Below, piece by piece: positions 1 to 10,304 of a stretch of DNA of 38,050 nucleotides. The DNA is taken from the NCBI GenBank assembly GCA_002309915.1, contig DBYT01000131.1, positions 281 to 38,330 of the forward strand, in the 5' to 3' direction. The DNA is from Bacteroidales bacterium UBA1179 (GTDB lineage Bacteria > Bacteroidota > Bacteroidia > Bacteroidales > Bacteroidaceae). The stretch's first letter is position 1; each line of letters starts with the position of its first letter. The notes beneath the pieces are model-generated. The model was not told the DNA's origin, ran no database searches, and saw only the letters and a program-made list of their open reading frames with translations. A program made the translations under genes and the position numbers.

Positions 1-55
1 ATAGAGACATTCACTCAGATTGAGGTTAAGCAGACTCTTTAAAACAGGATAGATT

Positions 56-613
56 ATGGTATTGGATTGGATTATCATCATAGTCATGCTGGTAGGCCTG
101 ATAGAGGGCATCATAAAGGGTGTCATCCAGCAGGTGTTCAGCCTGGGAGGTCTTATACTGGGCATCATACTGGGTACGCTGCTCTATGAGCCGTTTGCCG
201 GTCTGCTGCTGAGCATATTCAGGATGTCCGACCAGACTGCCAGGATTGTGGCTTTCGTGATAATACTGCTTCTGGTCCCAATGGTTTGCGGGTTGTTCGG
301 GAAGGCTCTTTCCAAACTGATACATGCCGCCAACCTGGGATTCATTGACAGGGCGCTGGGTGCAGTGTTCGGATTCTTCAAGGTGGTGCTCATCATGGGA
401 CTTGTAATCATGGTCCTGGATATGACGGGCGTATCGGACAAGATTGTCAAGAAGGAGGAGAAGAAGCAGTCACAGCTCTATTTGCCGGTAAGCGATTTCT
501 CCGGTTTTTGCCTGCAGTGGACCTGGAACAAGGTCAAGGAGAATGCCGAGGATCTGATTCCTGACTATAAGAAAGAAGAAAACAAAGACAAGAAAGACCA
601 AAAAAAGGTTTGA
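56..613 (+). CDS. cvpA: CvpA-family integral membrane protein
   Basis: 185-aa ORF with four hydrophobic helices ([61 protein letters not shown]) and a K/E-rich tail. Sits directly upstream of sufB, a position I recall as common for cvpA in Bacteroidota. Confidence 0.75.
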   Translation: MVLDWIIIIVMLVGLIEGIIKGVIQQVFSLGGLILGIILGTLLYEPFAGLLLSIFRMSDQTARIVAFVIILLLVPMVCGLFGKALSKLIHAANLGFIDRALGAVFGFFKVVLIMGLVIMVLDMTGVSDKIVKKEEKKQSQLYLPVSDFSGFCLQWTWNKVKENAEDLIPDYKKEENKDKKDQKKV

Positions 614-617
614 TAAG

Positions 618-2078
618 TTGAATACCGAGACACAGGACAACAGTCTGATAAGGGAGATCAGTGCCGAGAAGTACAGGTACGGTTTCACTACCGATGTCCA
701 CACCGATATAATTGACCGCGGTCTGACCGAGGATACCGTAAGGCTCATCTCAGAGCGCAAGGGCGAACCGGAGTGGATGCTGGAATTCCGTCTTAAGGCG
801 TACCGTCACTGGCTTACCATGGAAATGCCGCATTGGGCGCATCTGGATATTCCCGAGATAGACTATCAGAACATATCATATTACGCCGATCCCACGGTAA
901 AGAAAGAGGGTCCCAAGAGCCTTGAGGAGATTGATCCTCAGGTTATGAAGACCTTTGACAAACTGGGAATACCACTTGAGGAGCGTCTGGCGCTGAGCGG
1001 CGGTGTGGCAGTTGATGCTGTCATGGACTCCGTATCGGTCAAGACCACCTTCAAGCAGACCCTGGCCGAGAAGGGCATCATTTTCTGCTCCATGGGCGAG
1101 GCCGTAAAGAACCATCCTGACCTGATCAAACAGTATCTGGGCAGCGTGGTCAATTACCGTGACAACTTCTTTGCCGCACTTAACAGCGCCGTATTCAGCG
1201 ACGGATCATTCGTATATATTCCCAAGGGCGTCCGTTGCCCCATGGAACTGTCCACATACTTCCGCATCAACGCTGCCGGAACAGGTCAGTTTGAGCGTAC
1301 CCTGATTGTGGCCGATGACGACAGTTACGTATCCTATCTGGAGGGTTGCACCGCACCTATGCGTGATGAGAACCAGCTGCATGCCGCTATTGTTGAGATT
1401 GTGGTGCTGGACCGCGCTGAGGTAAAGTACAGCACAGTGCAGAACTGGTATCCCGGCGATGAGAACGGCAAGGGCGGTGTATATAACTTTGTGACCAAGC
1501 GCGGCCTTCTGAAGGGTGTTGACAGCAAGCTGTCATGGACCCAGGTGGAGACCGGATCGGCCATAACATGGAAGTACCCCAGTTGCGTGCTTCAGGGTGA
1601 CGGATCGCAGGGTGAGTTCTACTCGGTGGCCCTGACCAATAACTGGCAGCAGGCCGATACGGGAACCAAGATGATACACATAGGCCGTAATACAAAGAGT
1701 ACGGTAATAAGTAAGGGTATATCGGCCGGACACAGTCAGAACTCATACCGCGGACTTATCAAGGTGGGTGAGCATGCAGACGGTGCACGTAACTACAGCC
1801 AGTGTGACTCACTGCTGCTGGGAAGCGACTGCGGCGCACATACATTCCCTTACATGGATGTAAAGAACGAGACTGCCATTGTGGAGCACGAGGCAACTAC
1901 CTCAAAGATATCTGAGGATCAGCTGTTCTACTGCAACCAGCGTGGCATACCTATGGAACAGGCCATCGGCCTTATTGTTAACGGTTACGCCAAGGAGGTG
2001 CTCAACAAACTGCCTATGGAGTTTGCGGTCGAGGCCCAGCGCCTGCTTTCGGTGTCACTTGAAAATACGGTAGGTTAA
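618..2078 (+). CDS. sufB: Fe-S cluster assembly protein SufB
   Basis: 486-aa ORF with a TTG start (no in-frame ATG before the conserved core). Strong resemblance to SufB throughout ([49 protein letters not shown]). First gene of the sufBCDS order. Confidence 0.93.
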   Translation: MNTETQDNSLIREISAEKYRYGFTTDVHTDIIDRGLTEDTVRLISERKGEPEWMLEFRLKAYRHWLTMEMPHWAHLDIPEIDYQNISYYADPTVKKEGPKSLEEIDPQVMKTFDKLGIPLEERLALSGGVAVDAVMDSVSVKTTFKQTLAEKGIIFCSMGEAVKNHPDLIKQYLGSVVNYRDNFFAALNSAVFSDGSFVYIPKGVRCPMELSTYFRINAAGTGQFERTLIVADDDSYVSYLEGCTAPMRDENQLHAAIVEIVVLDRAEVKYSTVQNWYPGDENGKGGVYNFVTKRGLLKGVDSKLSWTQVETGSAITWKYPSCVLQGDGSQGEFYSVALTNNWQQADTGTKMIHIGRNTKSTVISKGISAGHSQNSYRGLIKVGEHADGARNYSQCDSLLLGSDCGAHTFPYMDVKNETAIVEHEATTSKISEDQLFYCNQRGIPMEQAIGLIVNGYAKEVLNKLPMEFAVEAQRLLSVSLENTVG

Positions 2079-2082
2079 GACT

Positions 2083-2847
2083 ATGATGCTAAAAATTGAA
2101 AACCTTCATGCCGGAATAGACGGCAAAGAGATTTTGAAAGGTATAAACCTTGAGGTGAATGCCGGCGAGGTTCATGCCATTATGGGTCCCAACGGATCCG
2201 GCAAGAGTACCATGAGCAATGTGCTGGTGGGCCATCCTTCCTATCAGGTTACTGAAGGCAGCGTTACCTTCAAGGGTAAGAACCTGCTGGATATGCCGGC
2301 CGAGGACCGCAGTCATGAGGGACTCTTCATGTCATTCCAGTATCCCGTTGAGATACCCGGTGTGAGCATGACCAACTTCATGCGTACCGCCATCAATGAG
2401 AAACGCAAGTACCTGGGTCTGCAGCCCATGTCACCCACTGATTTCCTGAAACTCATCAAGGAGAAGCGTGACCTGGTAAAGCTTGACGCCAAGTTCATGA
2501 ACCGCTCGGTCAACGAGGGATTCAGCGGCGGTGAGAAGAAACGTAACGAGATATTCCAGATGGCCATGTTGGAGCCGTCACTCAGCATACTTGACGAGAC
2601 AGATTCAGGTCTTGACATTGATGCACTGCGTATTGTGGCCGATGGCGTGAACCGCCTCAAGAGCCCCGAGACAGCGGTGATTGTCATCACCCACTATCAG
2701 CGTCTGCTTGACTATATCAAGCCCGATATCGTTCACGTGCTCTATCAGGGACGTATCATCAAGACTGCCGGTCCCGAACTGGCACTTGAACTTGAGGAGC
2801 GTGGCTATGACTGGGTCATTAAGGAATTTGAGGATTCTCAGAAATGA
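2083..2847 (+). CDS. sufC: Fe-S cluster assembly ATPase SufC
   Basis: 254-aa ORF. Walker A GPNGSGKST, ABC signature FSGGEKKR, Walker B LSILDETDSGLD. ATGA overlap with the next gene. Start could also be the second ATG at 2086. Confidence 0.95.
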   Translation: MMLKIENLHAGIDGKEILKGINLEVNAGEVHAIMGPNGSGKSTMSNVLVGHPSYQVTEGSVTFKGKNLLDMPAEDRSHEGLFMSFQYPVEIPGVSMTNFMRTAINEKRKYLGLQPMSPTDFLKLIKEKRDLVKLDAKFMNRSVNEGFSGGEKKRNEIFQMAMLEPSLSILDETDSGLDIDALRIVADGVNRLKSPETAVIVITHYQRLLDYIKPDIVHVLYQGRIIKTAGPELALELEERGYDWVIKEFEDSQK

Positions 2848-4190
2848 AGTCAGCTCAGAATTACATAGATCTCTTCAAAGAGAACAGGGTATTGGTTGAC
2901 CGTGGGTCGGCCGGTGTCATGAACAGCCTGCGTGATGCCGCCCTTAAGAGTCTTGAACAGTACGGCTTGCCGCACAAAGGACTTGAGGAGTATCTGCATA
3001 CTGACGTAGCAGCCTGGTTTGAGCCTGACTGGGGTATGAATCTGGCGCGTCTGGATATGCCGGTTGACTTTGCACAGGCTTTCAAGTGCAGCGTGCCCAA
3101 TCTGAGCACCCAACTCTACTTCCTGGCCAACGATACTTTTGCAAGTTCCGATACGGCCTCCAAGAATAATCTCCCGGACGGAGTGTTTGCCGGCAGTCTC
3201 AAGGAGGCCGCCGCACAGCATCCCGAACTGGTAGAGAAGTTCTACGGCAGGTTGGCCGATATGGAGAAACCCGGAATAGCAGCCATCAACACCCTGTTTG
3301 CACAGGATGGATTCCTGCTCTATGTTCCGGACGGTGTTGTTCTGGAGAAACCCTTACAACTGATAACTCTTTTGAGTTCCAAGGTGGATCTTATGGTCAA
3401 CCGCAGGATTCTGGTGGCTCTGGGACGCAGTGCACAGGCAAAACTGCTGCTTTGTGACCACGCTCTTGCTGCGAATCAATATCTGACAACACAGGTAACC
3501 GAGGTGTTCGCAGGCGAGAATTCCAATTTCGAGTTATATAACCTGGAGGAGACTCATTACGCAAACCGCCGTACATCAGAACTTTACGTAAGTCAGGAGG
3601 CCGACAGTAATGTCGAGATTGACTACGTTACACTGCATAACGGACAGACACGAAACACTGTTTTCTCAACTTTTGCAGGACGCGGTTCAAACCTCTCGCT
3701 GAACGGTATTGCCACCATTGATAAGGAGCAACACGTTGATAATATGACGTTTGTGGATCACAGAGTGTCTGACTGCACCAGCAACGAACTGTTCAAATAC
3801 GTTTTGGACAACAGCGCGAGCGGGGCATTCGCAGGAAAGGTTCTGGTTCGTCACGGAGCTCAACATACTGAGTCACAGCAGACTAACCGGAATATCTGTC
3901 TTACCCGTCAGGCACGCATGTTCACACAGCCCCAACTGGAGATTTATGCCGATGACGTAAAGTGCTCACACGGTGCAACAGTAGGTCAGCTGGACGATAA
4001 GGCCATGTTCTATATGCGTCAGCGCGGTATCCCCGAGGCCGAGGCCCGTATGATGCTGATGCAGGCTTTCGTAGGAGAGGTTATAGGACGCGTATCGCTG
4101 GAGCCGCTCCGTGACCGTCTGAACCGTCTTGTTGAGAAACGTTTCCGCGGTGAACTCACCCAGTGTGAGGGATGCCGCGCTTGCAGATAA
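2844..4190 (+). CDS. sufD: Fe-S cluster assembly protein SufD
   Basis: 448-aa ORF following sufC, with a SufB/SufD-family C-terminal core (PQLEIYADDVKCSHGATVGQLD, MFYMRQRGI). Confidence 0.9.
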   Translation: MKSAQNYIDLFKENRVLVDRGSAGVMNSLRDAALKSLEQYGLPHKGLEEYLHTDVAAWFEPDWGMNLARLDMPVDFAQAFKCSVPNLSTQLYFLANDTFASSDTASKNNLPDGVFAGSLKEAAAQHPELVEKFYGRLADMEKPGIAAINTLFAQDGFLLYVPDGVVLEKPLQLITLLSSKVDLMVNRRILVALGRSAQAKLLLCDHALAANQYLTTQVTEVFAGENSNFELYNLEETHYANRRTSELYVSQEADSNVEIDYVTLHNGQTRNTVFSTFAGRGSNLSLNGIATIDKEQHVDNMTFVDHRVSDCTSNELFKYVLDNSASGAFAGKVLVRHGAQHTESQQTNRNICLTRQARMFTQPQLEIYADDVKCSHGATVGQLDDKAMFYMRQRGIPEAEARMMLMQAFVGEVIGRVSLEPLRDRLNRLVEKRFRGELTQCEGCRACR

Positions 4191-4197
4191 AAGTGAT

Positions 4198-5412
4198 ATG
4201 ATTGACGTAGAGAGAATTCGCAGGGATTTCCCCATTCTGGGACGTGAGGTTTACGGTAAACCGCTTGTCTATCTGGATAATGCCGCCACTACCCAGAAGC
4301 CTCAGTGCGTCATCGATGCCATAAGTGAGGCATACTGCAACGTGAATGCCAACGTACACCGCGGCATACATTTCCTGTCACAGCAGGCTACCGATATGAT
4401 GGAGGCGGCCCGTGACAAGGTACGTCAGTTCATAGGGGCGGGCAGTACCGAGGAGATAATCTTTACCCGCGGCACTACCGAGAGCATGAACCTGCTGGCA
4501 AGTTCTTTTGCACAGGCTTTCCTTAAGGAGGGTGATGAGGTGATCATTTCCGGAATGGAGCATCACAGCAACATAGTTCCCTGGCAGATCCAGGCAGGCA
4601 GATACGGATTCAAGCTGAAGGTCATACCTGTAACAGACCTTGGAGAACTGGATATGGATGCTTTCTCAGCAATGCTGTCTGATAAGACAAAACTTGTAAG
4701 CATTACACATGTATCCAATGTGTTAGGCACTGTGAATCCTGTTTCTGAGATTATCAGCAAAGCCCATTCGTACGGAATTCCCGTTGCTGTGGACGGTGCT
4801 CAGTCTGTACCTCACATCAAAGTGAACGTAAAGGAACTTGGGGCTGATTTCTACGCATTCAGCGGTCACAAGATTTACGGCCCGACCGGTATAGGCGTAC
4901 TCTACGGACGTAAGGAACTGCTTGAACAGATGCCTCCCTATCAGGGCGGAGGCGAGATGATAAAGCGCGTCACTTTTGAAAAGACCACTTACAACGAACT
5001 GCCGTACAAGTTTGAGGCCGGCACTCCGGATTATGTCGGTTCCATAGCACTTGCAACCGCTCTTGATTATGTTCAGACAATAGGACTGGATAAGATAGCA
5101 CAGTATGAGAGCGAACTGTGCGACTATGCCATAAGCAAACTGACCCAGATACCCGGCATGCGCATTATAGGCAATTCAGAACACCGCAGCGCCGTTGTTT
5201 CATTCCTGGTAGGAAACATCCATCCTTCCGATATGGGAACCCTGCTTGACCGTCTGGGCATAGCAGTACGTACCGGTCACCATTGTGCCGAGCCGCTGAT
5301 GGACCGTATGGGTATCCCCGGCACGGTTCGTGCATCATTCTCATTCTACAACACAAAGGCCGAAATAGACACGCTCAGCGCAGGAATAGAGCGTGTAAAA
5401 TGTATGTTTTAA
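4198..5412 (+). CDS. sufS: Cysteine desulfurase SufS (class V aminotransferase, PLP-dependent)
   Basis: The ORF track starts at 4129 but overlaps sufD. The ATG at 4198 follows the sufD stop (4188-4190) and gives the typical N-terminus MIDVERIRRDFPIL. Also has the PLP-lysine context FSGHKIYGPTGIG and the active-site region RTGHHCAEPL. Confidence 0.92.
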   Translation: MIDVERIRRDFPILGREVYGKPLVYLDNAATTQKPQCVIDAISEAYCNVNANVHRGIHFLSQQATDMMEAARDKVRQFIGAGSTEEIIFTRGTTESMNLLASSFAQAFLKEGDEVIISGMEHHSNIVPWQIQAGRYGFKLKVIPVTDLGELDMDAFSAMLSDKTKLVSITHVSNVLGTVNPVSEIISKAHSYGIPVAVDGAQSVPHIKVNVKELGADFYAFSGHKIYGPTGIGVLYGRKELLEQMPPYQGGGEMIKRVTFEKTTYNELPYKFEAGTPDYVGSIALATALDYVQTIGLDKIAQYESELCDYAISKLTQIPGMRIIGNSEHRSAVVSFLVGNIHPSDMGTLLDRLGIAVRTGHHCAEPLMDRMGIPGTVRASFSFYNTKAEIDTLSAGIERVKCMF

Positions 5413-5454
5413 ACATTTTTTTACATTTCGGAGACAACCGATTGTAATAATGCT

Positions 5455-5462
5455 TAACTTTG
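5455..5462 (+). promoter_or_regulatory. Candidate Bacteroidota -7 promoter box (TAACTTTG, consensus TAnnTTTG)
   Basis: Exact match to TAnnTTTG, 30 nt upstream of the lipoprotein ATG at 5492 and downstream of the sufS stop. Confidence 0.45.
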
Positions 5463-5491
5463 CCGCATATTACAACCAAAATGGATATTAT

Positions 5492-6940
5492 ATGAAAAGA
5501 CTATTCCTTAGTGTATTTGCACTTGCATTTGGTGCATTCACATTCATCTCATGTAATGATGATGACAAAATCAATAAAGGAGGTAATGACAGTGAAAGGT
5601 ATTTGACTGTCCAGGAACAGCAGCAGGCTATCACCACTGCTTTGGATGGCGTAGCCGATGCTATCAGTTTTACCGATTTTTCACATGCTCTTGAATTTGC
5701 CGAGGAGATTATGGGGTCCGACATCGAGTTGATGGATCTTGTTCAGGCTCTGGGAAGTCCTGCTGTATTGGAAGACAGCCTTTTCCAGGATAAGATGGGT
5801 AAAGCGGTTATCTTGTTCGCCCAGGATACCGTTGCTATTGACCTTTCTCCTCTTTACATGTCGGCTGACCTGTTCATTACCGACACGGTTCTGATTGATA
5901 CTGTCTATGCCGTAGGCGAGGGTGGTGGCGCAGGTAACCGTATTGACACTACCTACACTAAGCTGTTTATCCTGGACAATATCAGGCATGATGTGGATTA
6001 TTTACAGTTGAATGTATTCGTAAACAACCACAAACTCTCTTTGAAAGCCAATGTAAGAGCCGGTGAGAGTGTCATTTCCGTCAGCAGGGAGGAGAAGGTG
6101 AAGACCGTCTATCTGCCTAAGTCAGCCGAAATATCAATCTCTCTTGATGACAAGGTACTTGCAGCACTCAACGGTCAGTACACATCGGACATGAGTCTTT
6201 ATGTTGAAGATGTTGAAGATGCTGAAGATATTGTCAGATTTGAGGGAACCCAATTCTCCGCATCAGCAACTATCAAAGTTGTAAGCTATGAACTGTCAGG
6301 CGGCGTCAAGTACGATCAGAGCAAGGGTATTGAAGCCAATCTGGCTGCAAAATACGACGATTATCAGTTGCTTTCAATCAACGGTAAGGTTGATGCCGTA
6401 TTTGAAGGTCTTGACCTCCAGGATACCACTGCCCTTCTGGTTTGGGCTCAGAATCCCGAGAAACTCAAGTCAATCAGCCTGAATGCTTCATTGGGAGGAG
6501 GTAAGGTTGAGATAAAGGGCGTTATGGACAGTCCTTTCAAGGATGAGGAACTTGCCACGACTCTTCGCAGCCTGATGGTTCCCGGTGCAACCATCACTGA
6601 TGAGAAGGCCAGGGAGACAATCGAGCGTCTGAACGGTATCATCAACGCCGGAATCTATTTCGAGGGCTTCAAAAATCCTCAGGCAACACTCAGGTTCGTG
6701 TTCGGTGAAGCACGCGAAAGCGGAAAGGGAAAAGGCGTAATTAATTCAATAGAAGAGCTGTTTGACCGTACCGGAGCATATCCGGTCCTGATAGCACATG
6801 ATGCCGATGGCAATGAGGTTGAGGTATCGTTCGAGGAATACTTCGGTAAGATAGACGTTTCAAATCTGGTAAGTACCGTTAAAGAGAAGTTCCAGGCCAC
6901 ATTCGGCGACTTCATCGGCCAGTTTGATTCAGACAAGTAA
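5492..6940 (+). CDS. Hypothetical lipoprotein, predicted surface-exposed
   Basis: The internal ATG at 5492 gives MKRLFLSVFALAFGAFTFISC, a signal peptide plus lipobox Cys followed by the acidic run NDDDK. The remaining ~460 aa have no motif I recognise. Confidence 0.7.
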   Translation: MKRLFLSVFALAFGAFTFISCNDDDKINKGGNDSERYLTVQEQQQAITTALDGVADAISFTDFSHALEFAEEIMGSDIELMDLVQALGSPAVLEDSLFQDKMGKAVILFAQDTVAIDLSPLYMSADLFITDTVLIDTVYAVGEGGGAGNRIDTTYTKLFILDNIRHDVDYLQLNVFVNNHKLSLKANVRAGESVISVSREEKVKTVYLPKSAEISISLDDKVLAALNGQYTSDMSLYVEDVEDAEDIVRFEGTQFSASATIKVVSYELSGGVKYDQSKGIEANLAAKYDDYQLLSINGKVDAVFEGLDLQDTTALLVWAQNPEKLKSISLNASLGGGKVEIKGVMDSPFKDEELATTLRSLMVPGATITDEKARETIERLNGIINAGIYFEGFKNPQATLRFVFGEARESGKGKGVINSIEELFDRTGAYPVLIAHDADGNEVEVSFEEYFGKIDVSNLVSTVKEKFQATFGDFIGQFDSDK

Positions 6941-6976
6941 GAATTGTAGCAAACAGATATAATTGCTCTTATTGAA

Positions 6977-7009
6977 GGGTGGCTGCATGATGCGGCCACC
7001 CTTTATTTA
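6977..7009 (+). terminator. Rho-independent terminator candidate
   Basis: GGGTGGC (6977-6983) pairs with GCCACCC (6995-7001), followed by the T-rich TTTATTTAT. Confidence 0.6.
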
Positions 7010-7044
7010 TACATTTTTAATGCGCTGAAAATGTTAAAAATGTG

Positions 7045-7052
7045 TACCTTTG
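7045..7052 (+). promoter_or_regulatory. Candidate -7 promoter box (TACCTTTG)
   Basis: Exact TAnnTTTG match 39 nt upstream of the gpmI ATG. Confidence 0.45.
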
Positions 7053-7090
7053 CACCCGTTTTAAAAAGCAAGGTTAAAATACACTACTAT

Positions 7091-8593
7091 ATGAAACAGA
7101 AAGCACTCCTTATGATTCTTGACGGCTGGGGCATAGGTAACCGCTCCAAGGCTGATGTGATTTACAACACTCCCACTCCTTACATGGATTATCTGAATGC
7201 CAATTATCCTAATGCACAGTTACTTGCATCAGGTGAGAACGTTGGTCTGCCCGACGGTCAGATGGGTAATTCAGAGGTAGGTCACCTCAATATCGGTGCC
7301 GGCCGTGTTGTTTATCAGGATCTGGTAAAGGTTAACCGCGCCATCGCTGACGGCAGCATCCGTCAGAACAAGGAGGTTGTATCGGCTTACACCTACGCAA
7401 AGGAGAACGGCAAGAAGCTGCATCTGATGGGTCTGGTATCAGACGGCGGTGTTCACAGTTCACTGGAGCATCTGTTCTGCCTGACCGATATTGCCCGCGA
7501 GTACGGTATCGACAAGACATACGTACACTGCTTCATGGACGGTCGTGACACCGACCCCAAGAGCGGTAAGGGTTTCATTGACCAGCTTGTAAAGCGTGGT
7601 GACAAGGTTGCCACCATAATAGGCCGTTATTATGCAATGGACCGTGACAAGCGTTGGGAGCGTGTAAAGATCGCTTATGACCAGCTGGTTGGCGGTGAGG
7701 GCCGTAAGGTTTCAGATATGGTAAAAGCTGTTGAGGAGTCATACGCCGAGGGCGTGACCGACGAGTTCATGAAGCCTATCGTAAACGAGGCTTATGACAG
7801 CCGCATCGAGGAGGGTGATGCCATCATCTTCTTCAACTTCCGTAACGACCGCGCCAAGGAGCTCACCATCGTCCTGACTCAGAAGGATATGGACGCCGAG
7901 GGTATGCATACCGTTCCCGGTCTGCAGTACTACTGCCTCACTCCGTACGATGCTTCATTCACCGGCGTACACATTCTGTTTGACAAGGAGAACGTGAACA
8001 ATACTCTGGGCGAGTATCTGTCAGCTCAGGGTCTCAAGCAGCTGCATATAGCCGAGACCGAGAAGTACGCTCACGTTACATTCTTCCTGAACGGCGGCCG
8101 TGAGCTTCCGTTCGAGGGCGAGGACCGTATCCTGGTTCCTTCACCCAAGGTTGCCACTTATGACCTGCAGCCTGAGATGAGCGCTTACATTGTCCGTGAC
8201 AAGCTGGTCGAGGCTATCGGAACTGACAAGTATGACTTTATCGTTGTAAACTTTGCAAACGGCGATATGGTTGGTCATACAGGTGTTTACGAGGCTATTG
8301 AGAAGGCTGTCGTTGCTGTTGACGCCTGCGTTCATGATGTTATCGAGGCTGCCAAGGCTCATAACTATGAGGCTATCATCATTGCCGACCACGGTAATGC
8401 CGACAACGCTCTGAACCCCGATGGTACACCCAACACCGCTCACTCACTCAATCCCGTTCCGGTAATCTACGTTACCCCGCGCAAGGATGCCAAGGTAGAG
8501 TCTGGTATCCTGGCCGATGTAGCTCCTTCAATCCTCACCATCATGGGTCTGCCCATACCGGCTGAGATGAACGGCAAGGTACTTGTAAAATAA
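7091..8593 (+). CDS. gpmI: 2,3-bisphosphoglycerate-independent phosphoglycerate mutase
   Basis: The ATG at 7091 gives [14 protein letters not shown]. Also [20 protein letters not shown] and [12 protein letters not shown]. The track start at 7031 adds an unlikely 20-aa extension that covers the promoter box. Confidence 0.93.
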   Translation: MKQKALLMILDGWGIGNRSKADVIYNTPTPYMDYLNANYPNAQLLASGENVGLPDGQMGNSEVGHLNIGAGRVVYQDLVKVNRAIADGSIRQNKEVVSAYTYAKENGKKLHLMGLVSDGGVHSSLEHLFCLTDIAREYGIDKTYVHCFMDGRDTDPKSGKGFIDQLVKRGDKVATIIGRYYAMDRDKRWERVKIAYDQLVGGEGRKVSDMVKAVEESYAEGVTDEFMKPIVNEAYDSRIEEGDAIIFFNFRNDRAKELTIVLTQKDMDAEGMHTVPGLQYYCLTPYDASFTGVHILFDKENVNNTLGEYLSAQGLKQLHIAETEKYAHVTFFLNGGRELPFEGEDRILVPSPKVATYDLQPEMSAYIVRDKLVEAIGTDKYDFIVVNFANGDMVGHTGVYEAIEKAVVAVDACVHDVIEAAKAHNYEAIIIADHGNADNALNPDGTPNTAHSLNPVPVIYVTPRKDAKVESGILADVAPSILTIMGLPIPAEMNGKVLVK

Positions 8594-8617
8594 CTACTGA
8601 ACTATTGTTTATAATAG

Positions 8618-8662
8618 CCGACGGTCCTGGACTATGACCGTCGGTTGTCCTTTTTTATTTTT
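8618..8662 (+). terminator. Rho-independent terminator of gpmI
   Basis: The 9-bp stem CCGACGGTC (8618-8626) pairs with GACCGTCGG (8636-8644), followed by TTGTCCTTTTTTATTTTT. Confidence 0.7.
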
Positions 8663-8666
8663 CTGA

Positions 8667-10080
8667 ATGAAACTGATTCCTATCTATACTTGGAACCGTA
8701 GCGTCCTTGAGTTCAACCGTAAGAAAGACCGTCTTTCACACCAGCCCTGGTTTCAGGGTGTAGTGCTATTGCTGTGCGTTATCATAGCAATGCTGCTGGC
8801 AAATCTGCCTGCAACCCGTCACTATTACCATGCTTTCCTTGAGACCAGCATTCAGATTCACATGCAGAGTCCCGAGGGCAGTGTTGACTGGCTGTTCCCG
8901 CACGGAATGACCATCGAGAAGTTCATCAACGATATCCTGATGGTGGTGTTCTTCTTCACGGTCGGTCTTGAGATTAAGCGTGAGGTTGCACACGGTGAAC
9001 TTTCATCGGTCAAGAAGGCATTGCTTCCTGTAGTTGCCGCATTCGGTGGCGTCATCATGCCGGCTTTGCTCTATACTCTGGTCAACCGCGGTACCATCGG
9101 CGCTTCGGGTTGGGGTATTCCTACTGCAACTGATATTGCATTCGCAGTCTGCATCCTCTCTGTCCTGGGTGACAGGGTTCCCGTTTCACTCAAGGTGTTC
9201 CTTACCGCCCTTGCCATTGCCGATGACCTGATTGCCATCCTGGTTGTGGCAATCTTCTACGGCGGTCATGTGAACCTTGACGCTGCTGGGCTGTATCAGT
9301 GGTTGTCATATTCATTGCATGGCTTATCAAAGTATCTTGGGACACAAGCATATTGCCGTATATCTTGCACTGGCCGTTGTAGTATGGGTGCTTTTTTACT
9401 ACTCAGGCATTCATGCAACCATGTCAGGTGTGGTCATGGCATTCATCATTCCGTCCGAGGCCCGTTACGAGCGCTCGTACGTGCTTCATAAGATCAAGTT
9501 CTTTTCACAGAAACTGCTCTCTTTTGACCAGATTGATGATGAGACCATGTTCCCCAACGGTCCGCAGCGTCATTTCCTGCGTAAAATACACAAGACGGCA
9601 TACGGCTCTCTCAATATGAGTTATCGCGTGGAGCATGCTCTTTCACCCTGGGTGAACTTTATGATCATGCCTATTTTTGCATTGGCCAATGCAGGTGTGG
9701 AGATTCCGGATCTGGCTTACTTCAATATTTTCAATACTTCGGGAGTTGCAGGTGGAGTAGGGCTGGGAATTTTCCTGGGCCTGGTACTGGGCAAGCCGCT
9801 GGGTATCACTCTGTTCAGTTATGCCGCAATCAAGTCCAGACTCTGCGAGATGCCTGAAAAGGCCGGTTGGGCAATGTTCTTTGCCGTTGCATGTCTTGGA
9901 GGTATCGGCTTTACTATGTCAATATTTGTCGATACGCTTTCATTCCAGGATGCTACTGCAGTTGAGGAAATGAGAAATGCCGGCAAGATAGCCATTCTGA
10001 TGGGCTCTCTGGCTGCCGGCATTCTGGGTACGATTCTTATAAAACTGGTTTCAGGAACCCATAAGAATTCACTCGGCTGA
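8667..10080 (+). pseudogene. nhaA: Na+/H+ antiporter NhaA, disrupted by frameshifts (or an assembly error)
   Basis: Two overlapping ORFs (8667-9491 and 9277-10080) carry the N-terminal half (GLEIKRE, WGIPTATDIAFA, ALAIADDL) and the C-terminal half (SGIHATMSGVVMAF, PIFALANAGV) of NhaA in different frames. The total span is 1414 nt, which is not a multiple of 3. Confidence 0.85.
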
Positions 10081-10227
10081 GAACTGGTCCTTTCCTACGC
10101 CGCAAATAGGGCATACAAAATCATCGGGTATCTCCTCCCAGGGGGTACCCGGTTCTATTCCACCCTCAGGGTAACCTTCGGCGGGATCATACTCCCAACC
10201 GCACATATCACAAACGTACTTGCTCAT
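10069..10227 (-). CDS. Rubredoxin
   Basis: The internal ATG gives the 52-aa protein [18 protein letters not shown]...[13 protein letters not shown], with the two CxxCG iron-binding knuckles. The track start at 10278 adds a non-conserved extension. The 3' end overlaps the nhaA 3' end by 12 nt. Confidence 0.92.
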   Translation of the reverse strand: MSKYVCDMCGWEYDPAEGYPEGGIEPGTPWEEIPDDFVCPICGVGKDQFSAE

Positions 10228-10256
10228 AGTCTTTGGTTTTAGGTTAATGTGTTTTG

Positions 10257-10264
10257 CAAATATA
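10257..10264 (-). promoter_or_regulatory. Candidate -7 box for rubredoxin (TATATTTG on the minus strand)
   Basis: The reverse complement of CAAATATA matches TAnnTTTG, 30 nt upstream of the rubredoxin ATG. Confidence 0.4.
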
Positions 10265-10296
10265 GCAACGCGAGTCATTATTCCAAGCGGAATGAC

Positions 10297-10304
10297 TACT
10301 TTTG
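10297..10304 (+). promoter_or_regulatory. Candidate -7 box for the flavodiiron gene (TACTTTTG)
   Basis: Exact TAnnTTTG match 22 nt upstream of the ATG at 10326. Confidence 0.4.

Noticed and set aside
4129-4197. Upstream-extended starts offered by the ORF track: sufS at 4129, lipoprotein at 5450, gpmI at 7031, rubredoxin at 10278, ftsZ TTG at 34152.
   Set aside because: The extensions overlap the preceding gene, promoter boxes or terminators, and add non-conserved residues. Internal ATGs give the canonical N-termini or a proper signal peptide.
8667-10080. Treating 8667-9491 and 9277-10080 as two independent genes.
   Set aside because: The two ORFs are the N- and C-terminal halves of one NhaA. 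The tail of the first and the head of the second (TTG start) are out-of-frame readings of the same DNA. It is called a single frameshifted gene instead.
10069-10080. The 12-nt convergent overlap of the nhaA and rubredoxin 3' ends, and the shared TTAA stop of ftsZ and recO at 35366-35369.
   Set aside because: Short convergent 3' overlaps are common in compact genomes and need no special explanation.
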